From Octopus sinensis (taxonomy: Eukaryota), in the NCBI RefSeq assembly GCF_006345805.1, contig NC_043002.1, positions 87,296,001 through 87,360,000 on the forward strand: a stretch of DNA of 64,000 nucleotides. The letters run 5' to 3'. The notes below the pieces were generated by a model that worked only from the letters and a program-made list of their open reading frames with translations, was not told where the DNA came from and searched no databases. Within the stretch, counting starts at the first letter, position 1. The number at the start of each line of letters is the position of its first letter. This document shows, in pieces, positions 26,938 through 40,286 of the stretch. Both the position numbers and the translations under genes were made by a program.

Positions 26938-27455
26938 CTTACAATGACATAGTTTAGAAGAAATGACCGGTTTCGCGTTCAGCTTTTCAAATTTCTTACA
27001 TCGTTATGTTTATGTTGAGAAGAGTTATCGTTATGTTTATGTTGAAAAGAGTTCTAGATAAGGGGACAACAGAATGATACCTTTTAGTGAGCACATTGAG
27101 AAATGCGCAAAGCAACTACTACCACAATTTTTAATGTTTCCATTTTACCAATGTGCTATCGGAACACCAACACAAATTAGACTAAACAAGGAAACATTCT
27201 TCATTGAAAAGTACAAGCCCAGACTTAACCATTCCAACATACTTATACATAGAAATTCACCCCAAAGGAAAGGCAAAAAATTTTAAGCGATTATCTCCCT
27301 TACACCGGAAGAAATCACTTATTACCTCCCCTTATCTAGAACTCTTTTCAACATAAACATAACGATAACTCTTCTCAACATAAACATAACGATGTAAGAA
27401 ATTTGAAAAGCTGAACGCGAAACCGGTCATTTCTTCTAAACTATGTCATTGTAAG
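26938..27455 (+). mobile_element. Penelope-like 3' fragment: GIY-YIG C-terminus flanked by ~128-bp inverted pseudo-LTR
   Basis: IPFSEHIEKC...FLMFPFYQC...RLNKETFFIEKYKPRLN parallels the C-terminus of the 19045 ORF. Arms at 26938-27065 and 27328-27455. Confidence 0.85.
27396..27435 (+). ncRNA. Minimal type I hammerhead, U3-A8 variant (mirror copy on minus at ~26958-26997)
   Basis: AAGAAAU-UUGAAAA-GC ugaac GC-GAAA-CCG-GUC/AUUUCUU: 7-bp stem I and palindromic ACCGGU stem III. Confidence 0.7.
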
Positions 27456-27552
27456 AAAAAAATTTATAATATTCTTCAGACATATTGACTCAAATATATA
27501 TTCTTTAACCTTTTAAAACAAGCCTTCTGTAGTTTTTTCACTTTTTACTATT

Positions 27553-27629
<77 letters not shown>

Positions 27630-27982
27630 AATCAAACATTGATCATTCAGTACATTTAGACATTTAGATAGTATTATAAATATTTTGAAAGGAAAAAGGT
27701 TGATAGTGGCTTCAACGTACAATTTGGCCGCATTCGTCGGATGTCTGATGAAGTCGACTAAGACGAAACTTTGAATTCCCTGCGAAGCTTTACCTAGTGA
27801 AAATAACACACCGCATCACACACACGCACACACACATGCATACATGCACACACACATATACACACTCACACACTCACACCCACAGACATGTACACACACG
27901 CGCACTCACACACGCACGCGCATAGAATAACAGTGTAATAGTTGAAGGATATACTATTAATTATTAATTACAGCAGCGGCAA

Positions 27983-28185
27983 TGGCTCCACGCTGGCAGA
28001 ATCGTTAGCACAGCAAGCAAAATATTCAGTGGCATTTCATCTCTCTTTACTTTCTGAGTTCAAGTTTCGCCGAGATCGACCTTCCCTTTCATCCTTGCGA
28101 AATCGATAAAATAAGTGTCAGTTGAGCACTGGGATCAATGTAATCCATTTACCCCTTCCTCAAAATTGCTGGCCTTGTGTAATTA
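27983..28185 (+). mobile_element. SINE family B, diverged
   Basis: gctggcagaatcgttagcac head plus core. Confidence 0.75.
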
Positions 28186-29535
28186 TGAAAGCAATTACAG
28201 CAACGCCTAGTCTTGTTAATGTTGACATATCAGAACCGAAATTTCACCATAATGTATATAATTATTTATTGAAGAATTTATTTCGCCAATGTATGTGTTC
28301 CAATAAATAGGAATATGGGGAAAAATTGGAAGAAACTGCAACGATAAATAGAGCCTAGAAAACTTCAGGCTGGAAGTGTTGAGTGAAAACAGAGATTGTG
28401 TTGTTGAATTTAAATGTTGGCGAACAGATGCGGAAAAGTTTTCTCTTCGTATAATGGTATTTCCTACGTCCTAACAATATTAATCCGATGTTAGCTCAGC
28501 ACCTGACAGACTTATGTAATTCCTCTGTTTTAAAATTCCATTATCGTCCACATATACAACATGGCGGGAATGAACTACTGATAATAGATTTTAATTTTAA
28601 AGGAAACGCAAAATAATTGATAATGTCAGATTGTCTTCTAACTCCATCGGTTATAAATCGTTAATTGAAAGCTTTCATTATAGAAGTGCGTTTGTAATGA
28701 GTTTGTAGTTTACAGAGACATATACTCGGAGAATTTAAATGATGGTAATAGAAGAGACAGGGCCATTGAATGCCATAAAGATCGGTATAAACTCCGGCAT
28801 GTCTCACTTAGTGTAGAAAAGTCTTTCAGAAACACGCAGCACTTTCAAGAAATCCACAATGGAAGGTCCTGCTGAAATGCCTTCGTACGAAGCCTAAGTC
28901 ATAAATGTTTGGAATGTGGATCGAATTACAATTACTGACAGCAGATCGATTAATGATCATCGTTTTTAATTAAGTTTTGTTAAATATTTCGAAAATAATC
29001 GAACAAGTAAACCTTATATAATGTTTTTATTTTCATTATAAATAATCAATGGGTGCAATCAACAACACGTTTTATGCGAAACTAAATAAATAAAACAGTT
29101 GTCATTTTATTGATAATAAAATATCGTTTATTATTTGCTTCTGCAATTTTCTCTGTTTGTTGTGCTAAAGAATATTAAATCTTAAATTCTTCAAATGAGA
29201 AAGATGAACGATAAAATATTTTATATGGCATAAAAGCAAACAAAATATAAATGTACACAGCATATAATGAGAAATATTTAATGCAGGGAATTTGTATGAA
29301 TATATAATGCAGGGAATACGGTATGAAATATATGACATATAATACTAATTACTCAAACTATATGATACAGCGCACTTAAAACACACGCGCGCGCGCACTC
29401 ACGTTCATAAATATACTGTATACATACACACGAATATATATAGTTAATCCAAACATGAAAAGACAAAGAGAAAACACAACAACGCGAGGAGGTGGAACAA
29501 GTATAGTATTATTGGACGCGCAGGAAAGAAGGAGG

Positions 29536-29570
29536 GTTTAACGTTTCGAGCGGAGCTCTTCGTCAGAAAC
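29536..29570 (-). ncRNA. Minimal type I hammerhead motif
   Basis: GUUU-CUGACGA-A-GAGC ucc GCUC-GAAA-CG-UU/AAAC, with ACGU palindromic stem III. Confidence 0.7.
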
Positions 29571-30268
29571 ATAGGAAAAGGAAAGATCCAGAGAAGGGAA
29601 GACGGAGGAGAGAAATCGCCAACGGTACACACGCGGTCACATTTTGAATGTGTATATATACATATACATGGCGTCCACCAAAATCTAAACACTTATTGAT
29701 TGATTATAAAGTGAGTGTTTATTAAAACATTTCGTTTTAAAAATTTGATAGTCTACAGACATACCTTACATTTTTAATGAACGCCGTTCTGGTTCAGGTA
29801 CTGCTGATAAGACGAGGCAATGGAATGGAAAACACCAAGAAATATTTTGCTCAGTATTTGAACGCATGTTGTTCACTGGCTGTTAATTAATTGATTTGTG
29901 CCGGTTTTATATCGTAAAAGTCATCTTTTTTAAGTGTCACCTCTTAAAAATGTCTAAGTATGCTGAACTGTTCCATCAGCATCAAACTTATCTTTATTTC
30001 GAGCGACCGTCGGTGGACCATCGGTGGACCTCTTTCAAGCCCTCTCTTCAGCTGTCTTTCTGCTTCGACTGTGGTTTCAAAATTGTAGCAGCTTTTTAGC
30101 ATAAATTTCCTTTGTTCGAAGTTCAGTCTCTTACCTTCATTATTTGTAATGACTCATTACTGCACCGGACAAACTGCCTGGTGACATTTCTTTCGGTTTT
30201 ACATTCTGAGCTCAAATGCCGCCGGGCGAGGTCACTTTGACATTCATCCTTTCCGAAATAATAAAATA

Positions 30269-31111
30269 CCTTGGCGCCACTATTACAGCTACAGGTCAAG
30301 GTGAGGCTGACATTAAAACACGAATCGACCTCGCTCGCCAAGCCTTCAACCGACTCATTGCACGACTCTGGTCAAGATCTGAGATCCGATGCACCACCAA
30401 AGTACGGATCTACCAAGCACTAGTGCGAACGATTCTCCTTTACGGCAGCGAGTCGTGGCCAATGAGGGTGGAAGATATTAAGCGACTAGAATCCTTCGAT
30501 CACCTCTGTCTACGCCGCATCCTTCGTGTCCGATGGCATCACTTTGTCTCCAACAATTCAGTGCGACACCAGTGCAGAATCACCTCCCTCCGACAAGTCA
30601 TCCTAATGAGACGTCTGCGTTGGCTGGGTCATGCCCTCAGTCGTCAACCAGGAGAATTCATCTACGAAGCAATTGCCCCAGCTCCCCTTCAGGGTTGGCG
30701 AAAGCGATGTGGTGGACAACGAAAAACCTGGCTGATGACAGTCAAGGCTGATCTGGAACCCAATCTAGGCCCCCATATCTACGGCGTTCGCCTCTGGAAT
30801 AAGGAGTGGTTGGAGATCACGCGGTCGTTAGCCTCAAATCGCCAGGTCTGGTCGGCGTTTGTGAGAGATGCAGCATTGAGGATGAATGAAGCCAACTCAA
30901 CCCACCCCGGGTGAATGCTGTAAGAAGAAGAAGAAGGAGAAGAAGAAAAGAAGAGAAGAAGAAGAAGAAGAAAAGAAGAAGAAGAAGAAGAAGAAGAAGA
31001 AGAAGAAGGAGAAGAAGGAGAAGAAGAAGAAGAAGAAGAAGAAGAAGAAGAAGAAGAAGAAGAAGAAGAAGAAGAAGAAGAAGAAGAGAAGAAGAAGAAG
31101 AAGAAGAAGAA
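30269..31111 (+). mobile_element. 5'-truncated RTE LINE with (AAG)n tail and 14-bp TSD, inserted in a SINE B
   Basis: Open frame KYLG...TKVRIYQALVRTILLYGSESW...RRLRWLGH; tail 30921-31111; TSD GAAATAATAAAATA at 30255-30268 and 31112-31125. Confidence 0.92.
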
Positions 31112-31324
31112 GAAATAATAAAATAAGTACAGGATGACTACTGAAGCCGATGTAATTGACTATCCCCTACTCCTCCACTCCCTATCACAAAAAATTCAGG
31201 CCCTGTGCGTATAGTAGAGAGGATTATTTGTAATCAGTGAAATCTAAAGAAAAATCAAAATTGAGCTATCAGCTGTTACAATGGGTATATTTTTCGGAGG
31301 GACATTCTGTATATACACACATAC

Positions 31325-31740
31325 AGGCGCAGGAGTGGCTGTGTGGTAAGTATCTTGTTTACCAACCACATGGTTCCGGGTTCAGTCCCACTGCGTGGCA
31401 CCTTGGGCAAGTGTCTTCTACGATAGCCTTGGGCCGACCAATGCCTTGTGAGTGGATTTGGTGGACGGAAACTGAAAGAAGCCTGTCGTATATATGTATA
31501 TATATATATATGCGTGTGTGTGTGTTTGTGTGTCTGTGTTTGTCCCCCTAGCATTGCTTGACAACCGATGCTGGTGTGTTTATGTCCCCGTTACTTAGCG
31601 TTCGGCAAAACAGAACGATAGAATAAGTACTGGGCTTACAAAAGAATAAGTCTCGGGGTCGAGTTACTCGATTAAAGGCGGTCCTCCAGCATGGCCGCAG
31701 TCAAATGACTGAAACAAGTAAAAGAGAGTAAAAGAGAATA
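31325..31740 (+). mobile_element. SINE family A full-length
   Basis: Complete head, core, microsatellite and tail. Confidence 0.92.
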
Positions 31741-31769
31741 CACGCACATGTATAAACTTATATGTGTAC

Positions 31770-32318
31770 ATGGTGGCTGCCCCCTCGTTATCGAGTATGG
31801 CCATTGCACGAAGCTTAATCAATGTTGTTATCGTGCAATGCCTGTGCAAGAAGATTTTTTTAACGCGAGGAAAGGCTGTGCACTGAGTCAATCCCACTCA
31901 CTAAGCAACAGCAGCCATAATCCGAAAAGAAGAACAAGTCAACATCATCGGTAACCACTGAGCCGCAGGTTTTATGCCGGAGTTATCCCAGTTACCTGAG
32001 TTACCTTCTCCTAGAAGGATGCCCTAACAAAGGCTAGGAGTCCTTCACTCCCAATGGTTTAACCGCGCGATCGGGTATTCAGTCCGATTATTTCTATGTC
32101 CCCGCGCATGATACAGCCTTAAGACATTGGATGGCCGTTGACCCTCAAGAGTTCCTCCGCCCTTTGACGGGTTTTGTTTTTCATCCCGCAAGGTGTCCAA
32201 TAAACACCCTCCTCACCAAGCAAGCTTGGTGGGGTTGCCGATTTAGTCGCCGACGACCCGACCATGCAAGAAGTTGTACTGGGCTACATGCTACCAGTAG
32301 CACTCGAAGGTGGCCTGA
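31770..32318 (-). mobile_element. ~545-bp non-autonomous RTE-related element (second copy 54465-55006 +)
   Basis: Two copies with the same boundaries. The 3' ~49 bp matches the tail of the RTE fragment at 54338-54385. Confidence 0.85.
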
Positions 32319-32761
32319 TATTTATGTGTACATAATACATATATACGGCACTTTTGGCTAGAGTCTTCTAGTATAGCCGCGTGTCGATCAAAGTGATTGG
32401 ATTGTCAGACGGAACCTAAAAGACGTCCTTCGTATGTACGTATGTATGTATGTATGTATGTATGTATGTATGTATGTATGTATGTATGTATGTATGTATG
32501 TATGTATGTATGTACGTGCGTGTGTGTGTGCGCGTGAGCATGGGTGTGTGCGCGTACATGTGTATCTATGTGTGTGTGTGTGCGTGTGTGCATGTGTATC
32601 TATGTGTGTGTGTGTGTGTTGTGTGTGTGTGTGTGTGTGTTTGTGAGTTTCAGCTTGTCTCTCATCACCGTTTGAAAATGGGTGTTGGTCTGTTTAGAGA
32701 CCGATAGAATAAGTACTGTGCTTAAAAGGTAAGTATTGAGATCGATCGATCTCAATATACA

Positions 32762-32857
<96 letters not shown>

Positions 32858-32999
32858 GTATATATCTATATGTATATTTAGGTATGTATTTTTATATATT
32901 TTGTTTTGATAGCGCATCATTAATCAAACAATATCTATTTTATAAACAAGGCGTAAATAAGCATACATATATACATACTCACGCACATCCGCGCCAGCG

Positions 33000-33091
<92 letters not shown>
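33000..33091. repeat. (TCTA)n microsatellite (also 33675-33870, 46692-46735, 58752-58845)
   Basis: Directly visible. Confidence 0.95.
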
Positions 33092-33092
<1 letters not shown>

Positions 33093-33137
33093 TGACGCAG
33101 GCGTGGCTGTGTGTATGCATGTGTGTATGTATGTATG

Positions 33138-33172
<35 letters not shown>

Positions 33173-33691
33173 TAATTTACGCCTTCTCCTGTACAAAATA
33201 GATATTATTTAATTAATGATGAGCTGTCAAAACCAAATTATGCTACATACACATACACAAACACACACACACATATACATTTATACATATATTTGTGTAT
33301 ATATATGTATGTACTATGTATATGTATATGTATATATATGCATATACATACACACACACACGCACACACACATACACACACATATATGTATACTTACATA
33401 CATATACCAAGACTACTCATTTACTTACTGTCAAATTTCAAAGAAGCCAATTTAAAAATAAATTCCAGTACTTCCTTAAACAAGATCACGAGATAAACAA
33501 ATTTATATATATATTTATATATTTATTTTTATGAAAGAATTCTTTAACCAGCTAATCATATCACATAATTCTCCATTGAGAAATCAAGATTTAAATTATT
33601 GACTTTTATCGATTTAGTTCTTTATCCTTACTTGTAAATACATTTATCACTTATAGAAGTCACTTTAGTATGTATATCTATCTTTAGAATG

Positions 33692-33766
<75 letters not shown>

Positions 33767-33776
33767 GTCTATCTAT

Positions 33777-33860
<84 letters not shown>

Positions 33861-34079
33861 TTATCTATCAATCTGTCTGTCTGCCTGTCTATATTAATTG
33901 TAAATGGTATAGTAAAAGTAAATGGATCTTCATCTGTTTCGACAATGAAGATGCCGGTTGTTAGAATTTGAAATTGAACTGCCTATTCATTGAATCCTAT
34001 TGTAAATAACTGAACAACCACATACACCCTTACCGTAATCTTGATTCACACTCCATGTGATGATGTGTGTTACTAGTAT

Positions 34080-34325
34080 CCATCCATCCATCCATCCATG
34101 CACCCCTTCATCCGTTTTAGCCGCTCACTATTCCTGAGAGGGACTCGCGAGTAGAGCCGTCAGGCTCCTCTTCTACAGGCCACTATCACCAGCAACCGTT
34201 GGAATTTTCAAAAGTGACCGACTAAGATTATGGATTTTATCCAACCATCTCACTCTTGGTCTACCCTTTGTTCTCCTGCCGGGTGGTTTGACTTGAAGAA
34301 TCTATCTTGCGAGACTTTCCTGCAA
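34080..34325 (-). mobile_element. LINE 3' end remnant with (GGAT)n tail
   Basis: Minus translation loosely resembles the GRP..RW C-terminal motif of RTE-type LINEs; tandem tail at 34080-34098. Confidence 0.45.
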
Positions 34326-34333
34326 CATACTAC

Positions 34334-34739
34334 GGATCTTTTCGGTTTGAACGGCAGTTTTTAACGTAATTTCTAGGTAACTAAAATGTTTTAAACTTCG
34401 TATACTGGTAGAATGTGTTTATAAAACATCTTTTTCTCTTGGCCTTATTGAGAAAATTCTATAGTTTGTAAGATATTTGTTTTTTTCTTCAATTTCTGCA
34501 ATTTCAACCAATCAAATACGTCTATTGAGGTAAAAAACATTCTGTGCCGTATGAATATGTCCCTCGTTTAAGAAACAGATTGGGTTTAGTTACATTTGTG
34601 AAGAAAAAAAGATACCCTCCCCCCACCCCTAACCCTAAAACAGATTGAAATGCAATAGATCGATTCTAGGGTCATAATTATGGGAGACAATTTCATATGA
34701 CACCGCTAGAAAAAACTGCCGGTCAAACCGAAAAGATTC
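34334..34739. mobile_element. MITE copy 1, TIR GGATCTTTTCGGTTTGAACGGCAGTTTTT, 8-bp TSD
   Basis: TSD catactac/cagactac; internal CCCTAA. Confidence 0.9.
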
Positions 34740-35126
34740 CAGACTACTAGTAATGAAACTATAACCTCTCAATGCGGAAAAACAGCGTCTCGACTTGGAC
34801 AAACTCCTTGATATTGGAGTTATATATCCCGTCGGGTAACCCTATTTCAGCTGTCGATCATTACCCAACGTTCATGGCCATAGCTTCCGTTCGCAGTTTC
34901 CGTTTATTATGAAGTTTGGGTAGACCTTAAGCCATTGTAAAGAGAAACATAGCCAAGGTGTTAGGCTAGATGTTAGAAAGCAAGCGAACTTTTTAACCAT
35001 AATGACCATATCTGTGACGATAACGCCATATATATATGAGCTAGTGTGGTCACTACAAAGAAATCGTTTGTGCGGGTCGTTCGGCAAAAGCTGAACGCTC
35101 ATACGTCGTCTTCGACGGGGAAGTCT

Positions 35127-35226
<100 letters not shown>

Positions 35227-35340
35227 AGTGAATGTATATATATATATATATAATATATATATATATATTTATTTATATGTAATGCATACATACATGCAGG
35301 CACACACACACGCACACACATACATGTGTATGTGTGTATA

Positions 35341-36231
35341 CGAGGTCTGATCAATAAGAATCCAGACTGTGGCCATATAACGAAGCTAAGACACGCAGAG
35401 TGAAGCTGCTTGACACAGATTGACATTACACTCTGCTGTGCATGCGCACTAAGTTTTATTGTTCTAACTCACTTCCGCTGTTTACAGCAGTGCTTGGAAG
35501 GAATGTGTGTAGCGCTTGATCGCATTGACCATGACAGAGAAGGTTGTTATGGCGATACCTGCTCAGAGGCCGATGCAAAGTTGTAGAAAGTGTATGGAGA
35601 GGAGTGTATGAACCTCAGTTAAGTGTATGAGTGGCCCAGACATTTCCAAGATAGCCGAAAAAATGTCGGTATTGATGAATGTTCAGAGAGACCCTCAACA
35701 AGCAGAACTGAGTAAAACATCGCAGATGTGCATGCAGCAGTGAGATGAAATCGTCGAATCACTATTTGTGAGTTATCAGAAGATGTGGAGATTAGATACG
35801 TTTCGGTTCAGTCCATTATCATTGAAGATTTGGGGATGAGACGAGTGTCTGCCAAGTTTGTGCCAAAACCGCTTTCAGCTTACCAAAATGACACTGAGGT
35901 GTCAGTTGCTCAAGATCTTCTTGATAGTGTTGAGAACGATGGACACTGTTTGAAAACTTTGCGTCGGCCTCTGAGCAGGTATCACCAAGCTTTTGGCAAA
36001 ATTTGATGCAGATTCTCTGCTCAACCTTCTCTGTCATGGACAATGCGACGATCAAACGCAACACACCTTCCTTCCAAGCACTGCTGTCAACAGCGGAAGT
36101 AAGTTAGAACAATAAAACTTAGTGCACCTGCTTAGCAGAGTTCAAGGCCAATCTGTGTCAAGCAGCTTCACTTTGTGTGCTTTAGCTTCCTTACCATGGC
36201 AAAAATCCGGATACTTATTGATCAGACTACG
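35341..36231. mobile_element. Mariner-derived fold-back element, TA TSD
   Basis: TIR cgaggtctgatcaataag / cttattgatcagactacg. Both arms carry the transposase start MTEKV(EQRICIKFCQKLG); RRVSAKFVPK internally. Confidence 0.85.
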
Positions 36232-36355
36232 TATTTATATAAATATAGGTATATACAATAACCTATACTTGCATTTACGTATATGTATGAATATATATAT
36301 GCACCCACACTCTCGCGCGCGTGCACTCATGCACACACAAACACACACACACATC

Positions 36356-36391
<36 letters not shown>

Positions 36392-37730
36392 AATGAAAGT
36401 ATGACTCATTGTATCTGCCTTATTCTGCCAATGTAAACCATATATTTATTGTATAGCTTTCATAACAGAATGAGTTGGATTAAAAGTAGCATCTTTCAAA
36501 GACAAGGTATTTTGATAAGAGATGATATTTATAAAGTTTGAAATGGTAAACACTGAGTTATTTCGAAAAGAATTTACGAAAAGAAGTTAAAAAAAAAATA
36601 AGGGGAAACATATATTTCTCTTGTACGGGCTTGTAAAATGAACGAAATTTACTTAAGCTTGGAATTTTATTCATCTTCAATCTTCATGAGCAAATATTTT
36701 AGGCCATATGTTGTGTTGCTTGCTAAGAAATGAACAATTCGAAATATCATAAAGTGATTAGAATACAGTGCGAATCGTTTGTCTCTAAACTGTACTATTG
36801 CATTATGGACGAGGAATTTGGTTACTGATAATCTAATCTTTCTTCCATTAGACAAAGATTTGGTGATAAAAAAATTGAATGGAAAAAATTATTGTTACTG
36901 GATATGTTATCTTCTCGTGAACAGTAGCGAGAATGAAATAAGTGAAATAAATGAAAATGAAATAAATTTAGAAAGAAATATAACAAATATTAAAGGAAAC
37001 AAAGAAAAAAAAAAAAAAAAGAAATAATAACAATAGTAGCACATTTGTAAAGATTTGAAATTAAGAAATAAAATAAGCAAAATCCATTCGTTTTATTCGA
37101 ATTAATGAAATCTTGGAATTATGTCATTAGAATTATCTGAGTGGTGATTAATCGATAATTCCAATTTTCTCCATATATGAATCAACTTAAAGAGTTAATT
37201 TAAAATCGCTGTAGAATCAGTCAACACCACTTTCTCTAAGTGGGCAAACAGATATCGCTTTCAGATAACAGTTAATGAAAATCAAACATAATAGCTAGAA
37301 AGTAATTTCTTGGAAATTTTATTTAAATTGTAAAATATTAATTTATTTTTTTATATATTCTTATACCTGTCCGATTATGGAGATGATGTGAGCGGCCTTC
37401 GTCCAACAGAAATTAATCAGTTTGCCCGTTGATTTCAAATTTTTTAAATGGACTTTTAAATTCTGTCACGTAACATTCTGCTTATAAATGACAGTATTGT
37501 AGCTATTAGTTTAGTATTTAATTCCTGCCCAATCAATTTAACGTCAGTTTTCTTTCTGCTACAGAAATCTCAGAGATTGACTTAGATTTATCATGATGCT
37601 AGCAAGAAGTCATAAGTAACTGAAATTTGGAGTATCAAATAGCAGTTAATCTTGAAAACATGGACGAAATGATAAGTAGAAAAGTTCAAATTCAGAGTTA
37701 AGAGAAGATATATGATTTATAAGCCATACC

Positions 37731-38163
37731 GGATCTTTTCGGTTTGAACGGCAGTTTTTAAAAATAATTTCCACGTAACTAAACATTTTAAAACTTCGTA
37801 TACTGGTAGAATGTGTTTATAAAACATCTTTTTCTCTTGGCTTTATTGAGAAAATTCTATAGTTTGTAAGATATTTGTTTTTTTTTCTTCAATTTCTTCA
37901 ATTTCAACCAATCAGTGACGTCCATTGAGGTAAACAACATTCTGTGCCGTATGAATATGTTCCTCGTTTAAGAAACACATTGGGTTTATTTACATTTGTG
38001 AAGAAAAAAAGATACCACCCCTAACCCTAACCCTAACTAACCCTAGCTAACCCAAACCCTAAAACAGATTGAAATGCAATAGATCGATACTAGGGTCATA
38101 ATTATGGGTGACAATTTCATATGGCACCGATAGAAAAAACTACCGTTCAAACCGAGAAGATCC
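37731..38163. mobile_element. MITE copy 2, 8-bp TSD
   Basis: TSD gccatacc/gccataca; longer CCCTAA tract. Confidence 0.9.
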
Positions 38164-38745
38164 GCCATACAATTTCGGGTGTCGTGTAATTTGTCAGATA
38201 TTTTCTTGTTTAGAATTCAGTTCATAAAAACAAAACAAAATAAAATACATCGTTATAAGAAATGGCGACACAATCGATATAACAGATTCACGCTGAAACA
38301 CAGCTTGACCCACCTGTCTGATAGCCTAAGGAATCAGTGAGTTTAAAAAAAAAAACGATAGAAAATTAATTTCTCATTTTGCAGTCTAATTTATATTTTT
38401 TAGAAATATATTTTTCATGATGTGTCTTTACGTTCTGAGTTCAAATCACAAAGTCGTCGGCTTTACCTTTCATTCTGATGGTAGCACTAAAAAAAAGGGC
38501 CATTCAAGTATTGGAAGTAATTTCAACGACTACATTTCTTTCCCTCCCTCATATCTGTGGTCACTTGCTTATGTGAGATATTTTTGCATGAGCAATTCAA
38601 CAATAACAACAACAACAACAACAACAACAATAACGCTAATAGTTTCTGATATGATTAAAAATCAACAGTTTTGAGGGGGTAGATCTATATTCTCAACTCC
38701 AGTATTATGGTAATTCCCATAAGTAAATATAATTTTAGTCAAAAA

Positions 38746-38783
<38 letters not shown>

Positions 38784-38799
38784 ACACACACACACACAT

Positions 38800-38830
<31 letters not shown>

Positions 38831-38946
38831 GATTCAGTTGAATATGGTACTTAAGTTAAAGGCACCAGAATTTAGTATGGTATTATCCATAAAATTCAAA
38901 ATGGGGTGATTACAATCAAAATATGCAACAAGGATATCCTGAGGTA

Positions 38947-39036
38947 ATGTAGAACGATTGTTTCGTGCGACTCCATTTAATTGAACAATGCAAATATTAC
39001 ATCAGTTTTAAAATGTAGAACAATCTTCAGCTGCAC
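38947..39036 (-). ncRNA. Degenerate hammerhead, inverted partner of 40287 (duplicate at 41728-41817)
   Basis: GUGCAG-CUGAAGA...GCAC-GAAA-CAAUC-GUU/CUACAU, with mismatches in stems I and III. Confidence 0.5.
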
Positions 39037-40286
39037 AAAAATATAGAATTTAGTTAAATTCAAAGGATTCATTTGTATAGTTATTCTATTAACCAAAATC
39101 ACAAAGAGGATAGGTAGATAGACAAAAGACATGTTTCATCAACAACATCATAGTTGCAACTGATATTTTCTCACAGGAAGACACTGCTTATCATTGATTT
39201 CAATTTGTTATTTAGATTTACTACGGCGGTGGGGTAGTTCTAATTTATTAATTTATAGACTAGTTTATCAAGTCTAATGGAAACTAGAATCTATCTTTTA
39301 TGGATAGAGTAAAAAGACAGTTTAAGTGGCAGAGTCATAAATCAAGATCTCTTTGAAGTAGAAAACATTCGGGTTCAGTAAGAATATATTTCAGCCAAAA
39401 TTTTCATGCTAAAGCTGATGGGGTAGGGAGGGTAAAACTTATAATACTTAACTATTCGACAACCATAACCTCAGTGATAATTTGAAATATATAGGTACAT
39501 TTTAGAGAGTTTTTTCACAAAAAATCAGAATAATTTCAGTATTTCACACAATATAGGGATGGAGAATATAGAAATAATTCCATGTTTATATAAATTTCTA
39601 TACCAACCTAACATATATTTATAGTTAATTAGTAAATAGTAATTTTTGGTATTAATAAGTTAAATTAAAGGAATATGTTAAAAATTTATATATTTTCTAT
39701 ATGCTAATAATCCTAGAACATATTCTTGTATTATAAAATAAATAGTGAAATATATTAGTATGTTTCTGTATAGGCTGAGTATGAATTTACAGAAATAGAA
39801 ATAAAATGATATTGCGAGTAAATAAGTAAGATAAAATGGTTTAAAATTAAAAAAAGGAATGTAAATGAGTAAATGAGTATAAATGGCGGTGCCCCAGCAT
39901 GACCACACTCGTGAGCTGAAACTAGAATCAATCAATCATAATGAAAAATAAATATAAATTCCTGTAGAATATTATGAATAGGGGGTAGAATAGATTTGTG
40001 TTCTAAAAACTTATTATAAAATATACCTAGCTTATTTATATTAATAGGTGAGGTAAGTTGTTATAAGAAATTTTCTTATAATTTTATAATTTTTAGACTA
40101 AAATTTATATTTACTTATGGGAATTACCATAAATGACTAGTGTTTAATATCGGGTAAAGAAATGATCAAGTTATTGGGCAAAAGTTATATTATTAATAAA
40201 AACTTATATAGAATTTTGGGTTCTATTATAGATTTAAGAAAATTCTATTAATATCCCTTATATGATAATTTATAATTTTTAATTTT

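Noticed and set aside
28503-28894. Protein-like short minus-strand frames (ASYEGISAGPSIVDFLKV..., VVYVDDNGILKQ...)
   Set aside because: They could not be chained with consistent phases or matched to any family.
30886-31137. Poly-K/R/E ORFs
   Set aside because: They are the (AAG)n tail of the RTE insertion.
36667-37463. Possible minus-strand exons (…KAAHIISIIGQ | LLCLIFINCYLKAI…; ORF 36667-36855)
   Set aside because: Weak acceptors, short length and no recognisable domain; plausible by chance in AT-rich DNA.
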